From: Fidelibacterota bacterium
GTDB lineage: Bacteria > Fidelibacterota > Marinisomatia > Marinisomatales > Marinisomataceae
NCBI GenBank assembly: GCA_965212055.1
Contig: OZ243041.1
Coordinates: 883,736 to 947,735, forward strand
Length of the DNA stretch: 64,000 nt
Reading direction: 5' to 3'
A model generated the notes under the pieces. It was not told the origin of the DNA. It did not search any database and saw nothing but the letters and a program-made list of their open reading frames with translations. Of the stretch, positions 46,730 through 56,501 are shown piece after piece. Numbering within the stretch: position 1 is the first letter of the stretch; every line of letters starts with the position of its first letter. A program made the position numbers and the translations under genes.

Positions 46730-47315
46730 TAATAATTTTTTGTATTAGTTTTTCAATCTCAGATTCAAATTTAGCAAGAGAAGAATTATTTTCAATAATA
46801 TAATCTGCATATTCTCTTTTCTTTTCATCTGGCCATTGCAGTTTAATACGGTCTTGAATGGTGTCTAATGATAAATTTCCTCTAGCTAAAGCACGTTCAA
46901 TACGAACAGATTCAGGACTTGTAATTAGAATAAGAGGAACATTGGATTCATTATAATATTGATAAGAGCCACTTTCAATAATCAAAGCAGCATCAACAAC
47001 AAAGATAGGGTGTTGGTTTTCATCACGAATTTTTTCAATTCTTTTTAAGGTTTCTTTATTTACAGCTGGATGAATGATTTGATTCAATTTTTTTTGAGAC
47101 TCTTTATTGGCAAAAACTACTTTTGCTAATGATTCAAGAGTAATACTATCTAACGTAGGAAAAGCGTCTAAAACTATTTGTGATATTTCTTTAGTGAATA
47201 AGAGTTTCTTGGCTTCTTCATCTGCATCAAAAATATATGCATTATATTTCTTACAAACATTGGATGCTACACTTTTTCCAGAAGCAATCCCTCCCGTAAT
47301 ACTTATAACAATCAT
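46713..47315 (-). CDS. coaE: dephospho-CoA kinase
   Basis: 200 aa. ISITGGIASGKS P-loop, FDADEEAKKL and HPAV. Confidence 0.88.
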   Translation of the reverse strand: MIVISITGGIASGKSVASNVCKKYNAYIFDADEEAKKLLFTKEISQIVLDAFPTLDSITLESLAKVVFANKESQKKLNQIIHPAVNKETLKRIEKIRDENQHPIFVVDAALIIESGSYQYYNESNVPLILITSPESVRIERALARGNLSLDTIQDRIKLQWPDEKKREYADYIIENNSSLAKFESEIEKLIQKIINDTKS

Positions 47316-47866
47316 TATTGTATCTTTTCTAAAATACGATGGGTGACTTCTTCAATAGCTCCTTTACCATCAATGGTAAGAAGTTCATCTTGATAAAATT
47401 TAATTAATGGTGCAGTAAGTTTTGAATAAACTTTTTGACGATTGATGATTACCTCTTCCGTATCATCGGTTCTACCAGAGTTTTTTGCTCTATTGATTAA
47501 CCGATTAACTAAAATATCTTTATCAACATGAACATTAATAACATAATCAATTTGCAAATCAAGTTTATTAAAGATTGCTTCTAGTCCTTCGGCTTGAGGA
47601 ATCGTTCTAGGAAATCCATCTAAGACAATTCCTACTCCTTTTAAGGTAGTTAAAGTGTTTTCCATGATTGATAATAATACATCATCTGGTACAAGAAAAC
47701 CCTGATCCATATAACTTTTTGCTTTTAAACCAATATCGCTTTGATTATCAATTTCGTGACGCAACATATCTCCAGTCGATAAATGCATAAGGTTGTACTT
47801 TTCAGCTAAAATCTTAGCCTGGGTACCTTTCCCTGCTCCTGGTGGTCCCATAATAAGGAAGTTCAT
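47315..47866 (-). CDS. adk: adenylate kinase (short LID, no zinc knuckle)
   Basis: The start is taken at MNFLIMGPPGAGKGTQA (47866). LSTGDMLR and LDGFPRT. The upstream 18 codons of the tracked ORF are not AK-like. Confidence 0.92.
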   Translation of the reverse strand: MNFLIMGPPGAGKGTQAKILAEKYNLMHLSTGDMLRHEIDNQSDIGLKAKSYMDQGFLVPDDVLLSIMENTLTTLKGVGIVLDGFPRTIPQAEGLEAIFNKLDLQIDYVINVHVDKDILVNRLINRAKNSGRTDDTEEVIINRQKVYSKLTAPLIKFYQDELLTIDGKGAIEEVTHRILEKIQ

Positions 47867-47867
47867 A

Positions 47868-48341
47868 TTATTGTTGCATTGCCTTTGGTTTATCAAAAAT
47901 TGTGTGCATAATAATACCAAGCTTTAATGGATTATTAGAATATTTTTCTTGTAATATTTTTACTTTAGATTGCGCATGAAAAAAATCATACTTAGTTCGA
48001 GTATGCTTAATTCTTGATTGTAAAGTCCCTAAATGACGATCATCCACCTTGCTCATATCATGCATATCATCAAAATGTTCCTCAAAACTTGGTTCAATAT
48101 GATGCATAGATTGATCTTGAACCGGTTGAGGGATTTTAACTTCTTTTACTTCTGTTTCCATTTTTTCAAATGCATCATTGAGAAAATCTAACACACTTTT
48201 TGTTTGAGGTGGGGGAACATCAGGAATAGTGTCCTCTATTTCTTTTTCAATAGGGGGTGGAATTACTTTTTTCTTTCGACTTCTATATGCAGAAAAAAGA
48301 TAAAACGCTAAGATAACAAGCCAATAAAATAACTCTTCCAA
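47868..48341 (-). CDS. hypothetical single-pass membrane protein
   Basis: 157 aa. One N-terminal TM helix, then a Pro/Glu/Asp-rich region. It is the third gene after nfeD-floA. No family recognised. Confidence 0.4.
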   Translation of the reverse strand: MEELFYWLVILAFYLFSAYRSRKKKVIPPPIEKEIEDTIPDVPPPQTKSVLDFLNDAFEKMETEVKEVKIPQPVQDQSMHHIEPSFEEHFDDMHDMSKVDDRHLGTLQSRIKHTRTKYDFFHAQSKVKILQEKYSNNPLKLGIIMHTIFDKPKAMQQ

Positions 48342-48347
48342 ACTGTA

Positions 48348-49316
48348 TTATTCCTCGGAACTGTCCTGTTCTTCACTGGTACCAGCAATTGATTGTCTCA
48401 TGCTAGTATCGGAAGCAATATTATTAAGCTTATAGTAATCTATAACTCCTAAATTACCTTCCCGGAATGCGTGTGCCATTGCCTTTGGAACTTCAGATTC
48501 AGCTTCAACAACCTTTGCTTTCATTTCTTGTTCAAGTGCAACCGCCATTGCTCTTCTGGTTTCTGCCTTGGCTTGTGCTACACGCAAATCTGCTTCTGCT
48601 TGGTCCGCTTGAAGTTGAGCACCGATATTTTTACCAACATCAATGTCAGCAATATCAATTGACAAAATTTCAAACGCAGTTCCTTGATTTAATCCTTTAT
48701 TGAGTACATTTTTTGAGATTGAATCAGGATTTTCTAAAACTGCTTCATAATTTTCTTTGGAACCAATTGCACTGACAATACCTTCACCAACTCTTGCAAT
48801 AATAGTGTCTTCTGTAGCGCCTCCAACTAAATTTGGAATATCGGTTCTTACTGTTACTCTTGCTCGAGCTCTTACTTCAATTCCATCTTTAGCAACTGCT
48901 GATAATTTTCCATCTACTGGTGCATCAATTACTTTTGGATATACACTAGTTTGTACAGCAGATAATACGTCTCGTCCTGCTAAATCAATAGCAGTAGCAA
49001 TTTCAAAGGTAAGATCAATGCCAGCTTTAGAGGCGGCAATTAATGCATCTACAACCTTATCAACATTCCCTCCAGCCATGTAATGTACTTCTAAATCTGA
49101 ACTTGAAACTTGATCTATCCCAGCTTTATTAGAGGCAATTAAACCATTAACAATGATGCTAGGGGGTACTCTTCTAAACCTCATACCAATTAAACTAAAA
49201 ATTGTTACATGTCCTCCTCCAATACTAAAAATAGCTTGTAACCATAATCCAACTGGTACAATCCATAATAGTACGATAATAAATAATACTAACGGTATGG
49301 CAACATAAAGTCCCAT
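48348..49316 (-). CDS. floA: flotillin-like protein FloA (UPF0365/YqfA)
   Basis: 322 aa. An N-terminal hairpin, then [25 protein letters not shown]... and an Ala/Glu-rich coiled coil, as in FloA. Adjacent to nfeD. Confidence 0.85.
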   Translation of the reverse strand: MGLYVAIPLVLFIIVLLWIVPVGLWLQAIFSIGGGHVTIFSLIGMRFRRVPPSIIVNGLIASNKAGIDQVSSSDLEVHYMAGGNVDKVVDALIAASKAGIDLTFEIATAIDLAGRDVLSAVQTSVYPKVIDAPVDGKLSAVAKDGIEVRARARVTVRTDIPNLVGGATEDTIIARVGEGIVSAIGSKENYEAVLENPDSISKNVLNKGLNQGTAFEILSIDIADIDVGKNIGAQLQADQAEADLRVAQAKAETRRAMAVALEQEMKAKVVEAESEVPKAMAHAFREGNLGVIDYYKLNNIASDTSMRQSIAGTSEEQDSSEE

Positions 49317-49381
49317 TACTCCTCCTTTATATTCTTCTGTTTACTATACAATTTATTCATAAAAACTAACATAAATAAGCA

Positions 49382-50593
49382 CTATACCTTTGATCTTTTA
49401 TCATAGTTGTCTTTTAAGGTTGCTTTATTTGAATCTTTGGTAATCAATTTTTGAAACATTTTTGATTGTGATATTAGACGAATTAACATAATCAATACAA
49501 TAATACCTCCAACAATTGCCCAAGCAAAACCATCTAGTGCTGCTGAATATATTTCATCACTCACGGGAACATCAGGAATTAACAATAAATATAAACCATA
49601 AAATAAAATTATTAATCCTGCTATACCCAAAACACCAAATCCAGGTACAGCTACAAACTCTAATACTAATAGAGCTAATCCTGCAAAAATAATTAACAAA
49701 TCTGTAGCTGAAGCAAGCTTAGTTAAATAACCAGCCCCTAATGCTAATGTTAAACAAATTATCCCAATAGTTCCTCCAATACCCCATCCTGCACTATATA
49801 ATTCAGAAATAATTCCAATGGTACCAAAAGTAGTTAATAGAGAAGAAACAACAGGATCTGTAAGAATACGTACTAGGTCTTCGGACCAATTTTCATCCAA
49901 AGTAACGATATTATAATTGTCTATGTTCAAATCTGTAAGAATCTCTTCAATGGATTCGCTTGTTCCATCCGCAATGTGATACTTGAGAGCAAGTTCGGTC
50001 GTAAGTGTAATTAATTTTCCTTCTTTACGACCTTCTATATCATCTACTTTAATAGAATCGCCTTCAATTATAAGATATTCGAAACTTAATTCTTCATCAA
50101 CCATTCCACGAGCAATAGTAGTGTTTTTTCCAGATTGTTCTGCAGTAGCAGCCATTTCTTCTCTCATATAGCTTTGAGATTTTTCGGCTTGTTTTTCACC
50201 GCTCATATCTACTACGCTTGTAGCACCAATTGTCGCTCCAGATGTCATATAGATTTTATTACATGAAAGGGAGATAAGAGAACCTGCAGAAATAGCACGT
50301 TTATTAATAAATGCAATAGTTTGAATCTCAGTACTAGAAATTGAATCTTTTATTTGTGTTGCTGCATCAACCCGACCACCAAAAGTTTTAATATCAAAAA
50401 TAATAAGTTCTGCATTATTCTTTTCAGCAGCATTGATGGCACGATTGACAAAAGCAGGAATACCTAAATCAATTGTATCGTGGATTGGAACAACATATAC
50501 TTGTGTTTTACTATTGCTAGCAATGGTAGTGCTAAAAATAACACATAAAATAAATACCACAAGCTTGTTAAATTTTGTTTTCATTGCTAACAC
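49382..50593 (-). CDS. nfeD: NfeD-family membrane-bound ClpP-class serine protease
   Basis: 403 aa. Signal peptide, a ClpP-like domain (IDTFGGRVDAA, AISAGSLISL), then four or more TM helices. Confidence 0.8.
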   Translation of the reverse strand: MLAMKTKFNKLVVFILCVIFSTTIASNSKTQVYVVPIHDTIDLGIPAFVNRAINAAEKNNAELIIFDIKTFGGRVDAATQIKDSISSTEIQTIAFINKRAISAGSLISLSCNKIYMTSGATIGATSVVDMSGEKQAEKSQSYMREEMAATAEQSGKNTTIARGMVDEELSFEYLIIEGDSIKVDDIEGRKEGKLITLTTELALKYHIADGTSESIEEILTDLNIDNYNIVTLDENWSEDLVRILTDPVVSSLLTTFGTIGIISELYSAGWGIGGTIGIICLTLALGAGYLTKLASATDLLIIFAGLALLVLEFVAVPGFGVLGIAGLIILFYGLYLLLIPDVPVSDEIYSAALDGFAWAIVGGIIVLIMLIRLISQSKMFQKLITKDSNKATLKDNYDKRSKV

Positions 50594-50612
50594 AAAGATT
50601 TACATTATAAAA

Positions 50613-51446
50613 ATGTATTGGTTTCTAAAATTTTATTCTTTTTGTTTGGAAAAATTGCCAAAACTCTTCCTCAAAATTAACTATAAAATACATTATTTTC
50701 TACTATTCCATATTCTAAAACTAAGAAAAGAAATGGCCATAGAAAATCTTAGAAGCGCCTTTCCAGAAAAAGACAATAATTGGCATAATACAATGATTAA
50801 AAAATGTTATCAATTTTATGTGGAAGAGGTTGTCGATTTCCTCAGTAAATATGCATATTTTGATTCAGAAAAAGTTCATCTAAACAATGTTCATATTCTT
50901 GATGAAGCACTACAAGAAGAAAAAGGGATTATTTTAGTCAGTGGACATTTTGGATCATTCCATAAATTGTTTGTTGCGATGGCAAAAAATGGTTATAAGA
51001 ATATTGCAGGTATATCATACAAGCAAAATAATCGTGAAGCTTCGAAGTTTTTTTTAGAACTAAGGAAGCCATATATAGCAAATGAAATGCATAAGGGAGG
51101 TCCAAGCAGTGAAGTAAAAAAATCATTACAAAATAACGAGATGCTTATACTTCTAAGTGATCAAGACGCAGGGAAAAAAGGTATTTTTGTGGATTTTTTT
51201 AATAAGCCTTCTTCTACTCCTTCTGGAGCAGCAAGATATCATCAAACAATGGGAAGTCCACTTATTTTCTTTTCAATGGTCAAAACTAATAACCGCCACG
51301 AAGCCAACTTTGAAAGGATAGATACAACGAATATGAGCATTGAAGATACGGTGCAAAAATATACTTCGATGCTTGAACAAAGGATTAGAAAATATCCTGA
51401 ACAATATTTTTGGCCTCATAAACGCTGGAAAACAAAACCACAATGA
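50613..51446 (+). CDS. lipid A biosynthesis (Kdo)2-lipid IVA acyltransferase family protein (LpxL/HtrB-like)
   Basis: The start is taken at MYWFLKF (50613), beyond the divergent nfeD start. NLRSAFPEK, VSGHFGSFH (HX4D/E-type region), PSGAARY and PEQYFWPHKRWK. Confidence 0.75.
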   Translation: MYWFLKFYSFCLEKLPKLFLKINYKIHYFLLFHILKLRKEMAIENLRSAFPEKDNNWHNTMIKKCYQFYVEEVVDFLSKYAYFDSEKVHLNNVHILDEALQEEKGIILVSGHFGSFHKLFVAMAKNGYKNIAGISYKQNNREASKFFLELRKPYIANEMHKGGPSSEVKKSLQNNEMLILLSDQDAGKKGIFVDFFNKPSSTPSGAARYHQTMGSPLIFFSMVKTNNRHEANFERIDTTNMSIEDTVQKYTSMLEQRIRKYPEQYFWPHKRWKTKPQ

Positions 51447-52009
51447 AACGCGTACTCATTAATGATGTCAATGCAGTAGACCAAGTGATTACATCATTAA
51501 AAAACAACGAGATTATAGTTTATCCAACAGACACAATATATGGGATTGGAACAGACGCAAACAATGATAGTGGTATTCAAAAAATAAATAGTTTAAAACA
51601 AAGAACAGGACCAATGACAATTATCATCCATGAATTGGAAAACATATTAAACAAAATTGTAGTCAACCCTATATTAGAAGAACAAATGTTAAAAATTGTA
51701 CATAGTGGAGATACTTGTATTATATCTTATAAAGAAAATTTTATCAGCAACTTGATTGTGGACAAAGGAAAAGTTGGATTTCGTATTCCGCAACATGCAT
51801 TCTTAAATGTACTGCTATCCAATTACGGAAATCCGATTACTAGCACTAGCGTCAATAAAAGCGGCAACCAACCATTAAATGATCCTGATTTCATTGAAGA
51901 AGAATTTGGCAATGAAATTGATTTATTATTGGATGCAGGAATACTACAAAATAATAATCCATCAAAAATTTATGTTTTTGAAGACGATGCAATTTCACAA
52001 ATTAGATAA
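51443..52009 (+). CDS. tsaC: L-threonylcarbamoyladenylate synthase (YrdC/Sua5 family, short form)
   Basis: 188 aa. VYPTDTIYGIG, GFRIPQH and TSTSVNKSG. Confidence 0.82.
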   Translation: MKRVLINDVNAVDQVITSLKNNEIIVYPTDTIYGIGTDANNDSGIQKINSLKQRTGPMTIIIHELENILNKIVVNPILEEQMLKIVHSGDTCIISYKENFISNLIVDKGKVGFRIPQHAFLNVLLSNYGNPITSTSVNKSGNQPLNDPDFIEEEFGNEIDLLLDAGILQNNNPSKIYVFEDDAISQIR

Positions 52010-52705
52010 ATGTTAAAAAAAATTATTTTATTAGTAATGATTTCCGCTCTTAATGCTCAATCAATTAGCATTGGAGAAGAATATAAATATGAAGTACGTT
52101 TTGGACCTTTGAAATTAGGAAAAGCAAGTTTAAAAACTGAAAAAAGCGAAATCATTAATAATGAAGAGGCATATCATTTTCAATTTACTGTAAAAACATC
52201 AAAGCTTGGAGATCGATTATATAAAATTAGAGATGAGATTAATACTTGGATTAGTAAAAATGATCTCTCTTTAATAAAACAAGAAAAAAATATTAGAGAA
52301 AAAAATTTTCGCAGGCAGTCAACTACCATCATTAACAACAATATTGCAATAACCAATAACAAAGAATATACGTTACCAGGAAAAGTAATAGATCCATATG
52401 GGTTAATTATGATAATGCGCGATATTAATATCCCAAAAAATAGTTCAAAAAAATTTTTAACAATTGATGAGGGTAAAGTTAGAGAAATTGAAATAAAAAA
52501 TATTGGCAAAGAAAGAATTCGTACTCCAGCTGGCAAATTTGATGCATACACATATACACCAATACATAACAATAAATCTGCATTAAAAAATAAGGGTGAT
52601 ATGGAAATTTCTTATGCTATTGGAAAAGACAATAAAACCATCCCAGTAAAGATAATAATAAAACTGAAAAGTGGAGTTATTGTTTTAACGCTCAAATCTT
52701 ACTGA
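52010..52705 (+). CDS. secreted DUF3108-like protein
   Basis: 231 aa. Signal peptide, then GEEYKYEVRFGPLKLGKASL and a beta-rich remainder resembling DUF3108. Confidence 0.55.
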   Translation: MLKKIILLVMISALNAQSISIGEEYKYEVRFGPLKLGKASLKTEKSEIINNEEAYHFQFTVKTSKLGDRLYKIRDEINTWISKNDLSLIKQEKNIREKNFRRQSTTIINNNIAITNNKEYTLPGKVIDPYGLIMIMRDINIPKNSSKKFLTIDEGKVREIEIKNIGKERIRTPAGKFDAYTYTPIHNNKSALKNKGDMEISYAIGKDNKTIPVKIIIKLKSGVIVLTLKSY

Positions 52706-52745
52706 AATAATATCTAATTTAAACGCTTCAATACAGTTTTGTTAA

Positions 52746-54134
52746 TTATTCCCAAGCTTCTGGACGACATAAAGGTCGATTAAGAATAGTTTCTTTATAT
52801 TCTGATTTTGGAAGCCCTGAATAATAGTCTAAAAAATCATTACCTTTTATTTCGCTGGCACAGTTGTTCTTCTTATAGTAATACATTGCATACGAGCTGG
52901 TTACTGTACCACCAAAAGTATTGGTTCCACTAAATTGGACATAGTATAGTCCATAGGTGTCATCTTGATATAATTTTTCAAAGTCTACTAAGTCAAAAGA
53001 TTTTGGATTATGCATTGTCACTTTAATGTCTTTGATTACTTGGCGTTTTGATGGAGTATTCCAATTTATTCTTGAAAGATCATTAATTAGAAGAAATGCC
53101 ATCAATGCAAGCAAGAAATACATTCCAATAGATTGAATACGCATTCTTGTTTTCATAGCTAATGGTTTTCCTAATAACATTTCAATTAATATAACCATAA
53201 TGTGACCACCATCGAGCGCAGGAATAGGTAAAATATTAATAAATGCTAAGTTGACACTAATAAGAGCCATCAACATTAAAAATGGAGTAAGTCCAGCTTG
53301 TGCTGCTTCTCCAGCCATTTGTCCAATCATGATAACACTACCAACGTCATCTTTACTGACATTCCCTGTAAAAATCATTTTTAATGAAGTAGTCATTAAT
53401 ACCATTGACCAAATTGTTTGATCAAATCCATATTGGAATGATTCAATAAAACTTAAATCTTTTATTTCTCTTTGTTTATCAACCCCAAGTTTTCCAATTA
53501 ATTTATCGACTCTTCCTGATGCAATATCTGGCGCAGATAATGGGGTAACACTCTTTTGAATTTCACTACCATCTCTAACAATAATCATAGATAATGTTGT
53601 ATTGGGGTTTTGCTTAACAATAGTAGTAAAATCCTCCCAGGTATTAACATTGGTATCATTTACAGAAAGTACCATATCGCCTTCATTGAGCCCTCCTTCA
53701 AACGCAGGACTATTTGGAACAACATAATCAATGGTTGTATCATCGTTAACAACAACAGGCTCTCCATTGATTGTCCCAATAATAACAAAAACTAAAAAAG
53801 CTAAGAGAATATTCATAATTACCCCAGCACTCATAACCCATATTTTCTGTAAAGGAGTTTTTGACTCTAATTCATCGTCAGCACCGGTAAAACCAGAATC
53901 CATGCTTTCATCGAAAATGCCCTTCATTTTCACATACCCACCTAGAGGCAAAGCACCAATAGCAAAAACAGTCTTAGAATTTTTAGGTTGATAATTATAA
54001 ATGGTAGGTGGCATTCCGATTGAAAATTTTTCTACTGTTACTCCAACACTGCGGGCAGCTAAATAATGCCCTAATTCATGTACAAAGACAATAACCCCTA
54101 TTAGAACGATGAATGCTAAAATACTATAAATCAT
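52746..54134 (-). CDS. rseP: RIP site-2 metalloprotease (M50) with PDZ domain and an unusual C-terminal extension
   Basis: 462 aa. HELGHYLAAR in TM1, a single PDZ (GDMVLSVND), and NILPIPALDGGH. About 115 extra residues follow the last TM helix. Confidence 0.88.
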   Translation of the reverse strand: MIYSILAFIVLIGVIVFVHELGHYLAARSVGVTVEKFSIGMPPTIYNYQPKNSKTVFAIGALPLGGYVKMKGIFDESMDSGFTGADDELESKTPLQKIWVMSAGVIMNILLAFLVFVIIGTINGEPVVVNDDTTIDYVVPNSPAFEGGLNEGDMVLSVNDTNVNTWEDFTTIVKQNPNTTLSMIIVRDGSEIQKSVTPLSAPDIASGRVDKLIGKLGVDKQREIKDLSFIESFQYGFDQTIWSMVLMTTSLKMIFTGNVSKDDVGSVIMIGQMAGEAAQAGLTPFLMLMALISVNLAFINILPIPALDGGHIMVILIEMLLGKPLAMKTRMRIQSIGMYFLLALMAFLLINDLSRINWNTPSKRQVIKDIKVTMHNPKSFDLVDFEKLYQDDTYGLYYVQFSGTNTFGGTVTSSYAMYYYKKNNCASEIKGNDFLDYYSGLPKSEYKETILNRPLCRPEAWE

Positions 54135-55278
54135 GATAATTTGAATCCAAATATACTTTGATTTCTTGATTTAATTGAATTAAATCTTTTGCGCTAGGTT
54201 CTTCTTTTGATTGAAATTTTTTTACTGTTTTTTCAATGGTTTTTGAAATATCTAGAAAGCTGATTTTATCATTCAAAAACAGCTCTACAACATGGTCGTT
54301 TGCAATACTCATAATAGGAATACTATTTCCTCCTTCTTGTACTAAATCGATTGCTAGTTGTAAGCATGGATATCGATTCATATCTGGTGTTGAAAAAGTG
54401 AATTGATTGATTTCTGAAAAATTTAATGTCCCAAAATTACCATGTATTCTTTCAGGATACGATAAAGCATATTGAATTGGAACTTTCATATCTGGAACAC
54501 CTAATTGTGCTTTATAAGAATCGTCTATAAACTGAACAAACGAATGAATAATTGATTGAGGATGAATTACAATATCCAGTTGATCAGTATTAATTCCAAA
54601 TAACCATAACGCTTCAACATATTCTAACCCTTTATTCATCATTGTAGCTGAATCAATTGAAATTTTATTCCCCATATTCCATTTCGGATGATTTAATGCT
54701 TCTTCTTTAGTAATTGTATCAAATGAATTAAGTGATCTCTCTAAAAAAGGACCCCCACTACCAGTTAATATAATCTTTTTTAACGCATTCTCAGGCTCAC
54801 CATGTAAACACTGAAAAATAGCCGAATGTTCGCTATCAACAGGAATAATTTGTGAATCATTATTATCAAGTAATGGCATAATAATATGACCACCCAACAC
54901 CAAGGATTCTTTATTACTTAATGCTAAATCAACATTATTAGAGACCGTGTTAATTGTTGGAATTAATCCTGCGCTACCAACAATAGAATTAATTGTTAAA
55001 TCAATTTCACTATATTGCGAAAGAATATGAGAAGAATCTTCGCCAACAATAAGTTCAATATTATGTTTTTTGCAAAAATCATTTAAAGGATGGGTAGCGT
55101 CAATTGTATCAATTGCTACCTTAGTTGGCATAAATTGTTTGACTTGATCTAATAGAAGATCAGCGCTTTTTTTGCAAGAAAGACAAGAAACTTTAAATTT
55201 GTCTTGATGATCATTAATAACAGATAAAACCTGTGTTCCAACCGATCCAGTAGAACCAAATATAGAAATTTTCTTCAT
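54124..55278 (-). CDS. dxr: 1-deoxy-D-xylulose 5-phosphate reductoisomerase
   Basis: 384 aa. ISIFGSTGSVGTQ, LSNKESLV, PVDSEHSAIFQC and NKGLE. Confidence 0.93.
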   Translation of the reverse strand: MKKISIFGSTGSVGTQVLSVINDHQDKFKVSCLSCKKSADLLLDQVKQFMPTKVAIDTIDATHPLNDFCKKHNIELIVGEDSSHILSQYSEIDLTINSIVGSAGLIPTINTVSNNVDLALSNKESLVLGGHIIMPLLDNNDSQIIPVDSEHSAIFQCLHGEPENALKKIILTGSGGPFLERSLNSFDTITKEEALNHPKWNMGNKISIDSATMMNKGLEYVEALWLFGINTDQLDIVIHPQSIIHSFVQFIDDSYKAQLGVPDMKVPIQYALSYPERIHGNFGTLNFSEINQFTFSTPDMNRYPCLQLAIDLVQEGGNSIPIMSIANDHVVELFLNDKISFLDISKTIEKTVKKFQSKEEPSAKDLIQLNQEIKVYLDSNYHDL

Positions 55279-55285
55279 TTAGTAA

Positions 55286-56062
55286 TTAAATGATACCGCG
55301 TTGACTATTTTCTATAAAAGAAACAATTTCTTTAATATTTTTATCTTTTTTGAATTCATCTTTGATTTTTTTTAGAGAAACTGAAGCATTTAAATCAGAT
55401 CGAAAATAATATTGGTAAGCTTTTTTTATGATTGTGCGTTGTTTGCTTGAAAAATCTCTTCTTTTTAAACCAAGAGAATTAATGCCTGTATATTTAACAG
55501 GATATTTACCAGCTAAAATAAATGGAGGGACATCTTGAACAATTTTAGAATTTGCAGCTAGCATAACATGTTGTCCAATCTTACAAAATTGATGTACAGT
55601 ACTCGCTCCTCCTAAAATAGCCCAATCACCTATTTCAACATGTCCCCCAAGCGCAACTAAGTTCACAAGAATGGCGTTATTCCCTATTTTACAATCATGG
55701 GCAACATGAACGCCTGTCATAATTAAAACATCATCTCCAATAACAGTTTCTCCGCTTGCTTTAGTCCCTCTATTGAGAGTAACAAACTCTCTAATAACTG
55801 TACGTTTTCCAATAATAAGTTTGCTTTTTTCTCCACCAAATTTTTTATCTTGAGGAATAGCACCAATGCTACTATTGTGAAAAATACGAGCATGCGCTTT
55901 GATTTCAGTATATTCACCGATGGTATTAAAATTGCCAATGGTCACATTAGTGCCAATAGTCACATTGTCTTCAATTACGTTATAAGCACCAATTGTTACA
56001 TTTGAACCAATTTTTGCTTTTTTTGAAACAATGCTTGTTGGATGTATAGTTGTACTAATAAT
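55286..56062 (-). CDS. lpxA: UDP-N-acetylglucosamine O-acyltransferase
   Basis: Hexapeptide-repeat protein with the C-terminal helical domain of LpxA. The tracked ORF begins at GTG 55963. The conserved N-terminus IISTTIHPTSIVSKKAKIGSNVTIGAYNVIEDN is encoded in-frame upstream, reachable only from ATT codons at 56062/56059 just after GAGG. Confidence 0.85.
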   Translation of the reverse strand: MISTTIHPTSIVSKKAKIGSNVTIGAYNVIEDNVTIGTNVTIGNFNTIGEYTEIKAHARIFHNSSIGAIPQDKKFGGEKSKLIIGKRTVIREFVTLNRGTKASGETVIGDDVLIMTGVHVAHDCKIGNNAILVNLVALGGHVEIGDWAILGGASTVHQFCKIGQHVMLAANSKIVQDVPPFILAGKYPVKYTGINSLGLKRRDFSSKQRTIIKKAYQYYFRSDLNASVSLKKIKDEFKKDKNIKEIVSFIENSQRGII

Positions 56063-56069
56063 TAACCTC

Positions 56070-56501
56070 TTATTTATCTACTGCCGTTGCAAAAAATTCT
56101 GCTGTTGCTACTTGTTTTTTATCAACAAAACATTCAACACTCAATTTAAAGGAATTCATTTTATGTTGTAACAATTTTGCTTCAATATAAAGTTGGTCCC
56201 CCGGAATGACATTTTTATGAATCTTAAAATTTAATACTTTAGATAAATAGACTAATTTTTTGGAGGGATTATCCACAAAATCTGATATAATTAACGAACC
56301 AGCTTGTGCCATTGATTCTAAAATTAATACTCCTGGAAAAATCGGTTTTTCTGGAAAATGTCCTTGAAAATATGGTTCATTAATGGAAACATTTTTTATA
56401 GCTTGGAGTGATTTTTTCTTATCCCATTTAATTACTTTATCTATCATTAGAAAAGGATAACGATGAGGTAAAATTTTTAATAATTCATCAATATTTTTCA
56501 T
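56070..56501 (-). CDS. fabZ: 3-hydroxyacyl-ACP dehydratase
   Basis: 143 aa. LPHRYPFLMIDKV, FQGHFPEKPIFPGVLILE and AQAG. Confidence 0.94.
   Translation of the reverse strand: MKNIDELLKILPHRYPFLMIDKVIKWDKKKSLQAIKNVSINEPYFQGHFPEKPIFPGVLILESMAQAGSLIISDFVDNPSKKLVYLSKVLNFKIHKNVIPGDQLYIEAKLLQHKMNSFKLSVECFVDKKQVATAEFFATAVDK

Noticed and set aside
46515-46748. ORF encoding a PPLPPLPPLPPLP proline-rich repeat.
   Set aside because: It is antisense to the Gly/Asn/Ser linker (GNGGNGGSGGNGGS) of the esterase lipoprotein. The short imperfect GGN-codon repeat explains it, so it is not an independent gene.
50433-50612. N-terminal 60-codon extension of the LpxL-like ORF.
   Set aside because: It overlaps the 5' end of nfeD on the opposite strand and has no acyltransferase similarity. 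The Met at 50613 begins the expected N-terminal hydrophobic segment.
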